NCBI GenBank assembly: GCA_963823555.1
Contig: CAWGMA010000003.1
Span: forward strand, 160,001-224,000
Length of the DNA stretch: 64,000 nt
Direction: 5' to 3'
From: Candidatus Eiseniibacteriota bacterium
GTDB taxonomy: Bacteria > Eisenbacteria > RBG-16-71-46 > CAVPCR01
Both the position numbers and the translations under genes were made by a program. The notes under the pieces are model-generated. The model was not told the DNA's origin, made no database searches, and was given only the letters and a program-made list of their open reading frames with translations. Below are positions 20,454 through 31,400 of the stretch, in pieces. Within the stretch, counting starts at the first letter, position 1. Each line of letters starts with the position of its first letter.

Positions 20454-23010
20454 TCCCCCGCCTCCTCGTCTGGACCAGCCTCCGCCACACGGGCCGCGCG
20501 CCAGGGCTCTTTCTCCTCGCGGTGCTCGGTATCGCGCTGGGAGTGGCGGTCTTCGTGGCGATCCAGATCGCGAATCGCACGGTGCTTCGCACCTTCGCCG
20601 CCACGGTCGACGCGGTGGCCGGGCGGGCGAACCTGGAGATCGCCGGTGGCGGCAACGGTCTTCCGGACAGCCTGTACGTGCGCGTGCGGCGGCTCCCCGG
20701 CATCACCGCCGCCACGCCTCTCGTCACGGCTCATGCTCTCTTGCCGGACCACCCCGGCGAGGTCCTGGAGCTCATCGGCGTCGACAGCTTCTCGAACGGA
20801 CCTTTCCGTACCTATGACGTCGTCGCCGCCGATGGCGCTGCGGATGGATACCTGTCGTGGCTCGCCGATGCGCGCGGCGCCCTCGTGCCCGCCTCGCTGG
20901 CCAGGACGCTCGGGCTCGAGATCGGGAGTCCGCTCGTCATCCTGGCCCGGAGCGCCCCGGACACGCTCCGGGTGCGCGGCCTCCTGCGCTTCTCCGGAGA
21001 GATCGAGCGCACCGCCGAACGAATCGTCGTCGTCGATCTGGCGACGGCGCAGGAGGTGTCGGGCAAGCTCGGGCAGCTCGATCGCATCGATCTCATCGCC
21101 GCCGATCCGGACTCGACCGGCATCCGCTTGCAGGCGCTCGCCGCAAACGGGTGGCCGGCGGATGCCAGCGTGCGGCGTCCGGGCGCTCGCACGACGCAGG
21201 TCGAGACCATGCTCGCCGCTTTCCGGCTCAACTTGACGGCGCTCAGCCTGATCTCGCTCTTCGTCGGTGTCTTCCTCGTCTACAACGCTGCGACCACCGA
21301 GGTCGTGCGCCGCCGGCGTGAGATCGGCATCCTCCGTGCTCTGGGCACGCCACGGCGGATGGTCCGACGACTCGTTCTGCTCGAGACCGGCGTGCTGGGG
21401 GCCATCGGCATCGCGGCCGGCCTCGGGTTGGGGGTGCTCCTCGCCCGGTTCGTGCTGAGCTCGATCGCGCGCACCGTCTCGGCGCTCTACGTCCAGGTGG
21501 CGGTGCGCGAGCTCTTCATCGAACCGCGCGTGCTCCTCGCGGCGGCAGTGGCCGGAGCCGGGGCGGTTCTCTTCGCCGGCTGGGCACCGGCGCGCGAGGC
21601 AGCAGGGCTCGAGCCGCAGGTGGTCCTGACCGAGGGCCGGTATCCGGCGCTCGGCTGGCTCCGCCCGCTGCGCCTGCTCGCGGCGGCGCTCGCCGCAGGC
21701 GCCCTCGCCGCGATCCTCTCCATGTCGCGGCTCGCGAGCTGGCACCCGGCGGCGGGGTTCCTGGCGGCGCTCTGCATCCTCACGGCCGGGGCGCTGGCGG
21801 CACCGGCGGCGGCGGTGGGTCTCATCGCCGCCGCCCGAGCGCTGGCCGGGCGGAGCGTGAGCATGCGTCTGGCCGCCGGGCAGCTCCGGGCCGGCCTCCG
21901 GCGGGCGGCGGTCACCATCGCCGCGCTCAGCTCGGCGCTCGCCATGGTGATCGGCGTCACCATCATGATCGACAGCTTCCGGCGCACGGTGGACCTCTGG
22001 ATCGGGCAGACCATCCGCGCCGACCTCTATGTCGCGCCCGCGAGCCAGCGCGCCGCCGGGGGGCGGCCGAGCTGCCCGGGGAGGTCAGCGCCCGGATCGG
22101 GCGGTTGCCCGGTATCCGAGCCCGCGACGAGCTCCGCATCGTCGAGCTCGAAGTGGGCGGGCGCCGGGTTCACGGGGGTGCCGTCAACTTTGACGTCATC
22201 GCGCAAGAATCGGCGTTCCTGTTCCGTCGGGGCCGATCCTCGTCGATTCTCGCCCAGGCCATCCGGGATCACGGGGTGATCGTGAGCGAGCCCTTCTCCC
22301 GCCATCAGCACCTGGCCGAGGGGGATACGCTTCATCTCGCCACGCCCTCCGGTCCCGCCGCGCTCAGGATCGCCGGGGTGTTCTACGACTATTCGAGCGA
22401 TGCCGGTCTCGTCTTGTTTCATCGGCCGCACTACGCGGCGCTCTACCGGGATCCGGCGATCAACTCGCTTGCGCTCTATCTCGAGGACCCGGCGGGCGCG
22501 GCGGCCTTCAGGCAGGCCATCGCTGCCGGCGTGGGTCGCGAGCACGCGCTCCTCATCCGGTCGAACCGCGACATCCGGGATGCCGCGCTCGAGCAGTTCG
22601 ATCAGACCTTTGCGGTGACCATGACCCTCAAGTTCATCACCCTCATCGTGGCCATGGCCGGAGTCTTCTTCTCGCTGACGGTGAGCGTGGCCGAGCGCCG
22701 GGCCGAGATCGGTATCCTGCGCGCGATCGGCGCCAGGGCGGGGCAGGTGCGGCGGATGGTGTTCGGCGAGGCGCTCCTGATCGGCCTCGCCGCGCTGGTC
22801 GTGGGCGTGGCGACCGGCATCGGCCTCGCGCTGCTCCTCGTCTTCGTCATCAACCGCCAGTTCTTCGGGTGGACCCTCCTCTGGGTCCTGACTCCGCGTG
22901 TCCTCATCGAGGCGTTCGTGGTCATCGCCGTGGCATCCGTGCTGGCGGCATGGCTGCCGGCGCGGACCGCGATCCGTACGGACCCGGCGGCGAGCCTGCG
23001 CGCCGAGTAG
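20450..23010 (+). CDS. FtsX/MacB-like ABC permease (two FtsX halves), split by one frameshift at G-run 22058-22063
   Basis: [21 protein letters not shown], then [13 protein letters not shown]...PAASLRAE in another frame; adding one G restores a continuous frame. Confidence 0.85.
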
Positions 23011-23153
23011 CCGCGGGGGGCGGAGCGCGCCAGCGGCGATTCGTGGAGCGAGCGGACTCGCCCCGCTCCCGTCTCTCGTGCTATGCTTCCCGCCCGCCGC
23101 GGCACCCCCCTCGTCGATGCCATGGACTCAGCCGTGGCTACCGCTCGAAAGCC

Positions 23154-23822
23154 ATGAGGTACAAGAAGATGCACAGAATGATGGTATGCGCGATCCTGGC
23201 CCTCGGGATCGCCGGCCAGGCCCTGGCCGCCGACAACCCAAAGGACAAGGCAATGACGCAAATCGACGAGATGATCGCCAAGGCTGGCGTGGACAAGTCC
23301 GACCCGGCCTGGCGCACGACTATCCCGAAGCCCGAGATGGCCACCTTCGATTCGACACACACGTACTATGCGAAGATGGTCACCAGCAAGGGGCCGATCC
23401 TGATCAAGTTCATGCCGAAGGTGGCGCCCATGCACGTGACGAGCTTCATCTATCTCACCAAGCTCGGCTTCTACGATGGCCTCACCTTCCATCGCGTGAT
23501 CACCGGCTTCATGGCGCAGGGTGGTTGTCCGCTCGGTAGTGGCACCGGGGGCCCGGGCTACAAGTACGGGGGCGAGTTCGATTCCAAGGTCAAGCATGAC
23601 AAGCCCGGCCTGCTCTCGATGGCCAACGCCGGCCCCGGCACGGACGGCAGCCAGTTCTTCCTGACCTTCAAGCCGACGCCCTGGCTCGACGGCAAGCACA
23701 CGCTCTTCGGCGAGGTCGTCGAGGGGATGGATGTGCTCAAGGCCCTGGAGGCCGCCGGCTCCGAGAGCGGGACGACCAAAGAGAAGCTCGTGATGGAGAA
23801 GGTCACGATCGAGGTCAAGTAA
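23154..23822 (+). CDS. Secreted cyclophilin-type peptidyl-prolyl isomerase
   Basis: Signal peptide; [42 protein letters not shown]. Confidence 0.93.
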   Translation: MRYKKMHRMMVCAILALGIAGQALAADNPKDKAMTQIDEMIAKAGVDKSDPAWRTTIPKPEMATFDSTHTYYAKMVTSKGPILIKFMPKVAPMHVTSFIYLTKLGFYDGLTFHRVITGFMAQGGCPLGSGTGGPGYKYGGEFDSKVKHDKPGLLSMANAGPGTDGSQFFLTFKPTPWLDGKHTLFGEVVEGMDVLKALEAAGSESGTTKEKLVMEKVTIEVK

Positions 23823-23850
23823 CCAAAGCGCCTTCGCGTATTCGAGAATC

Positions 23851-25071
23851 ATGACGGCCACGGGCCCGCGTCACGACAGATCGATGTCGGTCGCGGGCCC
23901 GCTTGCTTGGGCACGGCACCGCGCCGGCGCCGGGGGCGTCGCATTGCTTATCTGCGCTGTGACGCAGATATTCCCGGGATGGCTCCCGGCCGATGATTCC
24001 TTCCGCCCGCTGGAACCTGGATACGAGCTGCGTTTTCCCGAGGATCACGCCGCCCATCCCGCCTACCGCACCGAGTGGTGGTACTACACCGGACATCTTT
24101 GGTTCGAGGCGCCTGGCGATGCCGGCGGCAAGCCGGGTCGCAAGCAAGCGCCATCGGATCTGGGATTCCAGCTCACTTTCTTCCGGAGCGGGATCGCTCG
24201 TCCTGAACCGCCGCGACCATCACTCTGGGCGCTCCGCGACATCTACTTTGCGCACCTCGCCATCGGGGACTTCGCAGCGCGGCGCTTCCACGTCGCCGAG
24301 CGGCTCGAACGGGATGCCCTCGGGCTTGCCGGAGCCGACTCCGTGCGCTATCACGTGTGGGCGGGAGACTGGTCGGCGACCCTGGCGCCCGACGGTGCTC
24401 ATCATCTGGTCGCGGTCGAGGCGGAGGAGTGCGGCGTCGACCTCACGCTCGTCCCGTTGAAGCCTCCGGCCCTGCACGGAGAGGCGGGATGGAGCCGGAA
24501 GGGGGATGAACCGGGCCAGGCTTCCACCTACTACTCGCTGACCCGCATGGCGGCGAGCGGCACGGTCCATCTCGGAGACCGCACGCTCAGCGTGCGCGGC
24601 GAGGCCTGGATGGACCACGAGTTCACGACCGGTGAGCTCGCGTCCGACCTCGTGGGCTGGGACTGGTTCGGATTGCAGCTCGATGACGGCACGGAGCTCA
24701 TGCTCTATCTCCTGCGTCGCTCCGACGGCACACCGTCCCCGGCCTCGAGCGGGAGCCTCGTCGATGAGGCCGGCCGCGTCACCCATCTCGACCGCGAAGC
24801 GTTCACGGTGACGAGCGAGTCGAGCTGGCGGAGCCCCCGGAGCGGGGCGGTCTACCCCGCGGGATGGCGGGTCCGCGTTCCCGGCGCGGCGCTCGAGCTC
24901 ACGCTCACACCTCGGCTTCCCGACCAGGAACTGGTGACTCGGGAATCGACCGGCGTCACCTACTGGGAAGGGGCCGTCGGGATCAGCGGCAGTCGCGGAG
25001 GGGCCCCGATCACGGGCCGCGGGTTCGTCGAGCTCACCGGTTACGCCGAGGCCTTTCGCGCCCGGATGTGA
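23851..25071 (+). CDS. AttH/CrtC-like lipocalin-domain protein
   Basis: FPEDH, EWWYYTG, GFQLTFFR, YYSLTR, WMDHE, GWDWF, YWEG, GFVELTGY. Confidence 0.88.
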   Translation: MTATGPRHDRSMSVAGPLAWARHRAGAGGVALLICAVTQIFPGWLPADDSFRPLEPGYELRFPEDHAAHPAYRTEWWYYTGHLWFEAPGDAGGKPGRKQAPSDLGFQLTFFRSGIARPEPPRPSLWALRDIYFAHLAIGDFAARRFHVAERLERDALGLAGADSVRYHVWAGDWSATLAPDGAHHLVAVEAEECGVDLTLVPLKPPALHGEAGWSRKGDEPGQASTYYSLTRMAASGTVHLGDRTLSVRGEAWMDHEFTTGELASDLVGWDWFGLQLDDGTELMLYLLRRSDGTPSPASSGSLVDEAGRVTHLDREAFTVTSESSWRSPRSGAVYPAGWRVRVPGAALELTLTPRLPDQELVTRESTGVTYWEGAVGISGSRGGAPITGRGFVELTGYAEAFRARM

Positions 25072-25145
25072 TGGGACCCCCGTAGTTCGGGGGCGGGGTC
25101 GATCATTCTCGAGACGGCTCGAGGCGACATCGCGCTCCGAGGGTT

Positions 25146-26777
25146 CTAGCCGTCCCGCCCCGGTGACAACGGGCGCCCACGAGCGAGCTCGGCGCTCGCC
25201 CTGCGGAAGGCGGATTGATCGCGCTTTCTCGCCGCGGCGCTGCGCTTGCGGAGCGCGGCCAAGGGCAAACGCATTCGCGGGTTTGCGTCCAGCTCTGGCT
25301 CGTGGCGCGCCAGGAAGGCCCAGTAGAGGGGAGTGAGCGGGCAGTTCGCCCGGGGGTCGAAGGCGCAGGGCGGGCAAAGATCGCTCATGCGGTCGATGTA
25401 GGCCGCGCCCGAGACATAGGGCTTGGTGGTCATGAGATCGCCTGCGGCGTAGGTGCCCATCCCGAGCACGTTCGGTTCCACGACCCAGTCGTAGGCGTCC
25501 GTGAAGGCGACCCAGAACCAGTCGGTGAGAGCGCGGGGCGAGACGTCGAGCAACGTGGCGATGTTGGCGAGAACCATGAGCCGGGTGATGTGGTGGCTGT
25601 ACCCTTCGCGCCACACATCGCTGACCACCGTGTCGAGGCAGGCCAGGCCGGATCGGATCCGGCCCCAGTAGGCGGGCGGCAAGGGGCCGGCCGCGCCGAG
25701 GAAAGAGGGCTCGGCGCCGCCATCCTCGTGCTCCGCCGTGCGCACGCGCAGGCCCGCTCCCGGCAGGCGGCGAAAGCCATCGGTCGCTTCGTGCACGTGA
25801 CGCATGAACTCGCGCCAGCCGAGAACCTGCCGGATGAATCCTTCCTTGCTCGCTAGCGGGATGTCGAGTCGCGCGGCATCCCGCACCACGCGTGCCGGCA
25901 GCAGGCGATGCAGGTTCAGGAGCGAGGAGATGCGGGTATGGAAGAGCCCGCGCGAGCGCGCCGACATGGCGTCCTCGAACGGCCCGAAATGCGGGAGGCA
26001 TTCCGTCTGAGCCCAGCGCCACAGGTGCTCGGCATCGTCGCGGGTCGCCGGCAGCGCCTCGAGGTCGAGCTGACCGGGATGATCTCCGTAGCGCGCGGCG
26101 ATCAGATCGGCGACTTCGTCCTTGATGGGGTCGGACTGGAAGCGCGGTGCGGTCGGCGCCGGGGGATCGCCCTTCCAGGGCAAGCGGTTCTCGGTATCGA
26201 AGCTCCACTTGCCGCCGGCCGGCCGGCCCCTCGCCACGAGCGTCCCGGTCGCCCGGCGCGCCGCCCGATAGAAGCGGTCCAGGCGCCACGGCGGATCCCC
26301 GGCCAAGGCAGTGAACTGCTCCCGGGTCGTGAGCCAGCCCTCGTGCGGCAGCAGCTCGAGCTGACCGGCCACGGCCAGCCGGGCCAGATCGGCGCAGAGT
26401 TCGCGCTCTGCCGGGCGCATGACGCGGATCGGGCCCAGCTCGCGCGCGAGTGGCGCCAGCGCCTCCGCGTAGGAGTGAGGCGCGACGACATGCAGGACCG
26501 CAACACCCCGTGCCGCCTGCTCGAGCGCGAAGTGCCGCATGTTGGCGAGCACCAGCGCGAGCTTCTGCCGGTGATAGGGCCGGCGTGCCGCCTTGCCCGG
26601 ACACTCGACCATGATGACCCCGAGCTCGCGCGGATCCTCGCGCGCCAGGGGTCCGATCTCGTCCGACAGTTGATCGTAGGGGACGAAGATCCAGCGCCGT
26701 TTCCCGCGGTCGCGCGCGCTCTCGGCCAGCGCCGCGCGAAACGGACTCCGGGGTTTGCGGTTGTTTCGCTTCTTCAC
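25146..26777 (-). CDS. Cryptochrome/photolyase, FeS-BCP (PhrB/CryB-like) type
   Basis: PYDQL, HRQKL...MRHFA, GGKWSFD, FGPFEDAM, EGFIRQVLGWREF, HHITRLMV, DAYDWV, TKPY; four Cys (LACL, LCPPC, NCP). Confidence 0.9.
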   Translation of the reverse strand: MKKRNNRKPRSPFRAALAESARDRGKRRWIFVPYDQLSDEIGPLAREDPRELGVIMVECPGKAARRPYHRQKLALVLANMRHFALEQAARGVAVLHVVAPHSYAEALAPLARELGPIRVMRPAERELCADLARLAVAGQLELLPHEGWLTTREQFTALAGDPPWRLDRFYRAARRATGTLVARGRPAGGKWSFDTENRLPWKGDPPAPTAPRFQSDPIKDEVADLIAARYGDHPGQLDLEALPATRDDAEHLWRWAQTECLPHFGPFEDAMSARSRGLFHTRISSLLNLHRLLPARVVRDAARLDIPLASKEGFIRQVLGWREFMRHVHEATDGFRRLPGAGLRVRTAEHEDGGAEPSFLGAAGPLPPAYWGRIRSGLACLDTVVSDVWREGYSHHITRLMVLANIATLLDVSPRALTDWFWVAFTDAYDWVVEPNVLGMGTYAAGDLMTTKPYVSGAAYIDRMSDLCPPCAFDPRANCPLTPLYWAFLARHEPELDANPRMRLPLAALRKRSAAARKRDQSAFRRASAELARGRPLSPGRDG

Positions 26778-27131
26778 GGCCGGACCTCGTGGCGAATGGC
26801 GGTCATTCCATCGACCCCCTGCCGTTCTTGAGGCCGCTGGCGTTCGCCTGGATACCTGACCATATCATGATGGCGTTCCGACTACGCCTTCGAGTCCGGG
26901 GCGGCGCCCGGCCAATCCTGGCTCGACTTCGTCGGGATCGCGGTCGACACTCCGTAGTTGTTCATGGCGAGATGGAAAAGGGGGTGGTTCCACATGGAGG
27001 CGCCCTCTTTCAATTGAACGTGCTCCGTGCATCCCGGTGAACCCGCGTGTTATTCTCGAGGCGTTCAGTCCCGGACCGGGCCCAGCTTCCCGGTCGAACG
27101 CAATCCCGCCAGATCCCAGAGGAGGCTTCCC

Positions 27132-27638
27132 ATGCGGAACCTGTTATTGGCTCTTCTCTTCATTCTCGTGCTCCCGGTCTCGGCCCTGGCCCAGAAGGGA
27201 AGCGATTCTCACTGCGATCCGTGTCCCGATGTCGAATCGTCGCTGACGATCACCGGGGCCTACCAGACGATCGCCGGCTCCACGCTCGGTGCGAGCAATG
27301 GCGACTACTCCTACCAGTTCTGCGCCATCGCCAACGGTGGCTACACGTTCACCTTCTGCCAGCAGGGCGGGACCGCGAATTTCGACACCGGTCTCTCCAT
27401 CTGGCCGCTGAATGCCGGGGCCTGCGGTGGCCAGGTCGCCCTCGCCTGCAACGACGACACCTGCGGGCTCCTCTCCGAGCTCGCCTGGATCGCGCCCGCC
27501 GACGGCACCTATGTGCTGCGGGTCGGCGGCTTCGGCGGCTCGACCGGGGACTATGTTCTCGCCTATTCCGGGCGCGAGTGCGGCGCGACTCCGGTCGAGA
27601 ACTCGACCTGGGGCAGCATCAAGTCGATGTACGAGTAG
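27132..27638 (+). CDS. Secreted Cys-rich protein with PPC-like beta domain and C-terminal TWGxIK motif
   Basis: RBS GGAGG; signal peptide; FDTGLS...ACNDDTCG...S...GTYVLRVGGF; ends TPVENSTWGSIKSMYE. Confidence 0.8.
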   Translation: MRNLLLALLFILVLPVSALAQKGSDSHCDPCPDVESSLTITGAYQTIAGSTLGASNGDYSYQFCAIANGGYTFTFCQQGGTANFDTGLSIWPLNAGACGGQVALACNDDTCGLLSELAWIAPADGTYVLRVGGFGGSTGDYVLAYSGRECGATPVENSTWGSIKSMYE

Positions 27639-27672
27639 CCGGCCGATCGAGCGAATGCACGAGCGATGACAC

Positions 27673-27700
27673 GAGGGCGGCTCCCGGAGGAGCCGCCCTC
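27673..27700. terminator. Hairpin between convergent genes
   Basis: GAGGGCGGCTCC-CGGA-GGAGCCGCCCTC, perfect 12-bp stem. Confidence 0.65.
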
Positions 27701-27727
27701 AATCTCTTCCGGCCTCGGAGCGCACGC

Positions 27728-28351
27728 CTACTTGCGGACGAGGCCCTGTGTCTTCAGGTCCTCGACCACGGCGCTGCTCACCTGCTTGACGACATCGGAG
27801 ACCGATTTCGGATCGAAGGTCTCGGACACCGCCGTCCACAGGAGCTTCTCGGTCGCCACATCGTAGAGATTGCTCTCGAGAACGACCGTCAATGCGGTCT
27901 GCTCCTGAGCGGGCTCGACCACGGTCTGGTAGGACTGGTAGTAGTAGTTGTAGTAGCCGTTATAGTAGGACTGCGGCACCGTGTAGCTCGCCGGATCGGT
28001 GTAGGTCGTCGTGGTATCGATGTTCTTGAGGCGGGTGACGATCACGGCCTCGACGCCTGCTTTCTTCACCTCGGCTTCGACCTCTTCGCGGGTGAAATCG
28101 CTCGTCGGCAGGACCTGGTACCCCAGCAACGCGCGCACCCCGTGTTCTTCCAGCCGCCCGGCGAGCTCGGTCTCGAAGAGCCGGCGGTTTTCCTCCGACC
28201 GACCTGCTGCGATCACCATCATGCTCGAGACCGGCTGGCCGGTGTAGCTGGGGTCGCGCCACCGTCCGACGAGCTCCGTGTTCGAGCCGCAGGCGACGGC
28301 AATGAGAACCGCCATGAGCGCTGGGAACGCAATCCTGATACGGGATGACAT
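27728..28351 (-). CDS. Lipoprotein, DUF4136-like
   Basis: Lipobox AVA-C; RRLFE, Tyr-rich segment, LESNLYD...KLLWTA. Confidence 0.7.
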   Translation of the reverse strand: MSSRIRIAFPALMAVLIAVACGSNTELVGRWRDPSYTGQPVSSMMVIAAGRSEENRRLFETELAGRLEEHGVRALLGYQVLPTSDFTREEVEAEVKKAGVEAVIVTRLKNIDTTTTYTDPASYTVPQSYYNGYYNYYYQSYQTVVEPAQEQTALTVVLESNLYDVATEKLLWTAVSETFDPKSVSDVVKQVSSAVVEDLKTQGLVRK

Positions 28352-28467
28352 GATACCTCCGCCACTTGGAAGCCACAGACCCAGGGCATGATATCACGCT
28401 CGTGCCGGCTGCGAGGCGCGGGGGTATCGAGTAGAATGAAATCCCCCCCCCGGCGGAGCCCGATCCC

Positions 28468-31400
28468 ATGACCCTCGACATCCTCGAGAGCTTCCATCCC
28501 GCCGTCGCGCGCTGGTTCGCAGGGGAGCTCGGTCCGCCGACCGAGCCGCAGGTTCGCGGCTGGCCTGCCATCCAGGCGCGGCGGAACACGCTCATCGCCG
28601 CGCCCACCGGTTCGGGGAAGACGCTGGCCGCGTTCCTGGCCGCCATTGACGCTCTTGTGCGGCAGGGAGTCGCGCGGGACGGCGTGCTCCCCGATGAGAC
28701 CCAGGTCGTCTACGTATCGCCGCTGAAGGCGCTCTCCAATGACATCCAGCGCAACCTCGAGGAGCCGCTCCTGGGCATCGGTCGTGAACTCGAGGCGCTC
28801 GGGCTCCCCGCCGCCGGCATCCGGACCTCGGTGCGCACCGGGGACACCCCGGCCGCGGCGCGCCAGGCCATGGTCGCGCGCCCGCCGCACCTCTTCGTCA
28901 CCACCCCGGAGTCGCTGTACATCCTGCTCACGAGCGAGCGCGGGCGGCGCATGCTCGCCACCGCGCACACCGTGATCGTCGACGAGATTCACGCCCTCGT
29001 GCGCGACAAGCGGGGCTCGCATCTGGCCCTGTCGCTCGAGCGGCTGGCTGCGCTCACGAGCGCGCATCGAGGCGGGGACCAGGGGCTCGTGCGCATCGGA
29101 CTCTCCGCGACCCAGCGTCCCATCGACGAGATCGCCCGCTTCCTGGTCGGCGCGGAGCACATCGCAGCCAACGGCGAGCCAGAGTGCACGATCATCGACG
29201 CCGGCCACCGGCGGACCCTCGATCTCGCGCTCGAGCTCCCGCGTTCGCCGCTCGAGGCCGTGATGTCCGCCGAGGTCTGGACCGAGGTCTACGATCGCCT
29301 CGCCGATCTCATCCGCGAGCACCGGACGACACTCGTCTTCGTCAACACCCGGCGGCTCGCCGAACGGTTGAGCCGGCATCTGAGCGAGCGTCTGGGCGAG
29401 GAGCATGTCACGTCCCATCACGGGAGCCTCGCGCGCGAGCAGCGCTTCCTGGCCGAGCAGCGACTCAAGGCCGGCGAGCTCAAGGCGCTCGTGGCCACCG
29501 CGTCGCTCGAGCTGGGCATCGACATCGGTGCCGTCGATCTGGTGTGCCAGATCGGCTCGACGCGCTCGATCGCCACGTTCCTGCAGCGAGTCGGCCGTTC
29601 CGGGCACCACCTGGCGGGGGTGCCGAAGGGGCGGCTGTTCCCGACCAGCCGCGACGAGCTCGTCGAGTGCGCGGCGCTGCTCGACTCGGTCGGCCGCGGC
29701 GAGCTCGACCGGATCATGATCCCCGAGGCGCCGCTCGACATCCTGGCCCAGCAGATCGTGGCCGCGGTGGCCGCCGAGGAGTGGAGCGAGGACGAGCTCT
29801 TCGACTCGTACGCCGCGCCCATCCGTTCCGCCGACTCGCGCGCGAGCGACTTCGATCAGGTGGTCGGGCATGCTCGCCGACGGCTTCACGACGCGGCGCG
29901 GCCGGCGCGGCGCCTATCTCCACCGCGATCAGGTGAACGGGCGCTTGCGGGCCCGGCGCGGGGCGCGGCTCGCCGCCATCACATCGGGCGGCGCCATCCC
30001 GGACACCGCCGACTACGAGGTCGTGCTCGAGCCCGCCGGGACTCTCGTCGGCACGGTGAACGAGGACTTCGCCATCGAGAGCATGGCGGGCGACATCTTC
30101 CAGCTCGGCAACGCCTCGTGGCGGATCCTGCGCATCGAGCCGGGTCGCGTTCGCGTCGAGGATGCGCGCGGCGAGCCGCCGACGATCCCGTTCTGGTTCG
30201 GCGAGGCGCCGGGCCGCACCGCGGAGCTGTCGTCGTCGGTGTCGCGCTTCCGCTCCGCGGTGGCGGAGCGTCTGCTGCAGGGGGGGCCCGCGGCGGCACG
30301 CGCGTGGCTCGAAGCGGAGATCGGAATCGCTCGCCCTGCCGCCGAGCAGATCGTCGATTACCTGGGCGCGGCGCGCGCGGCGCTCGGGGTCATGCCGACG
30401 CAGGAGACCATCGTGGTCGAACGCTTCTTCGACGAGAGCGGCGGCATGCAGCTCGTCGTGCACGCGCCCTTCGGCAGCCGTCTCAATCGCGCCTGGGGGC
30501 TGTCGTTGCGCAAGCGCTTCTGCCAGCGCTTCAACTTCGAGCTGCAGGCGGCGGCCACCGAGGACGCGATCGTGCTCTCGCTCGGCCCCACGCACAGCTT
30601 CCCGCTCGACGCGATCTTCGGGTTCCTCAGCTCGGCCACCGTGCGCGACGTGCTGGTGCAGGCGCTGCTGGCCGCACCCATGTTCGCCACCCGCTGGCGC
30701 TGGAACACGACCCGCGCCCTCGCGGTGCTGCGCTTCCGCGGCGGCCGCAAGGTGCCACCCCGCTTCCAGCGCATGGACGCCGACGATCTGCTCGCGCTCG
30801 TCTTTCCCGATCAGGTCGCGTGCCTCGAGAACCTGCGCCGGGCCCGCGCAGGTTCCCGAGCATCCGCTCGTTCTCGAGACCATTCGCGACTGCCTGGACG
30901 AGGCGATGGACATCGAGGCGCTGGAATCGCTGCTGACATCGATCGAGAGCGGCGAGCGGGAGCTCGTGGCCCGCGATCTGACCGAGCCCTCGCCGCTGGC
31001 ACAGGAGATCCTGAGCGCGCGTCCCTACGCGTTTCTCGACGACGCGCCGCTCGAGGAGCGGCGGACACAGGCGGTCTTGAGCCGGCGCTGGCTCGATCCG
31101 GAAACGGCATCCGATCTGGGCGCGCTCGATGCGAGCGCGATCGAACGCGTGCGCGCCGAGGCCTGGCCCCAGGTGGAGACCGCCGACGAGCTGCACGACG
31201 CGATGTGCCTGCTCGGCGGTCTGACCGCGGCCGAGATGGAAGCCGAGCCGCGCTGGCGCGAGCTTCTCGCCGGGCTGGTCACCGCTCGCCGCGCGACCCG
31301 GCTCGAGGTCCCAACCGGCCCTTCGCTGTGGGTGGCCGCCGAGCGCCTACCCGAGCTCGGCGCGCTCCATCCGGAGGCGCGGCTCGATCCGCCGATCACC

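Noticed and set aside
23851..25071. Carotenoid 1,2-hydratase CrtC
   Set aside because: No crt genes nearby; the ABC-cluster context fits AttH-like lipocalins.
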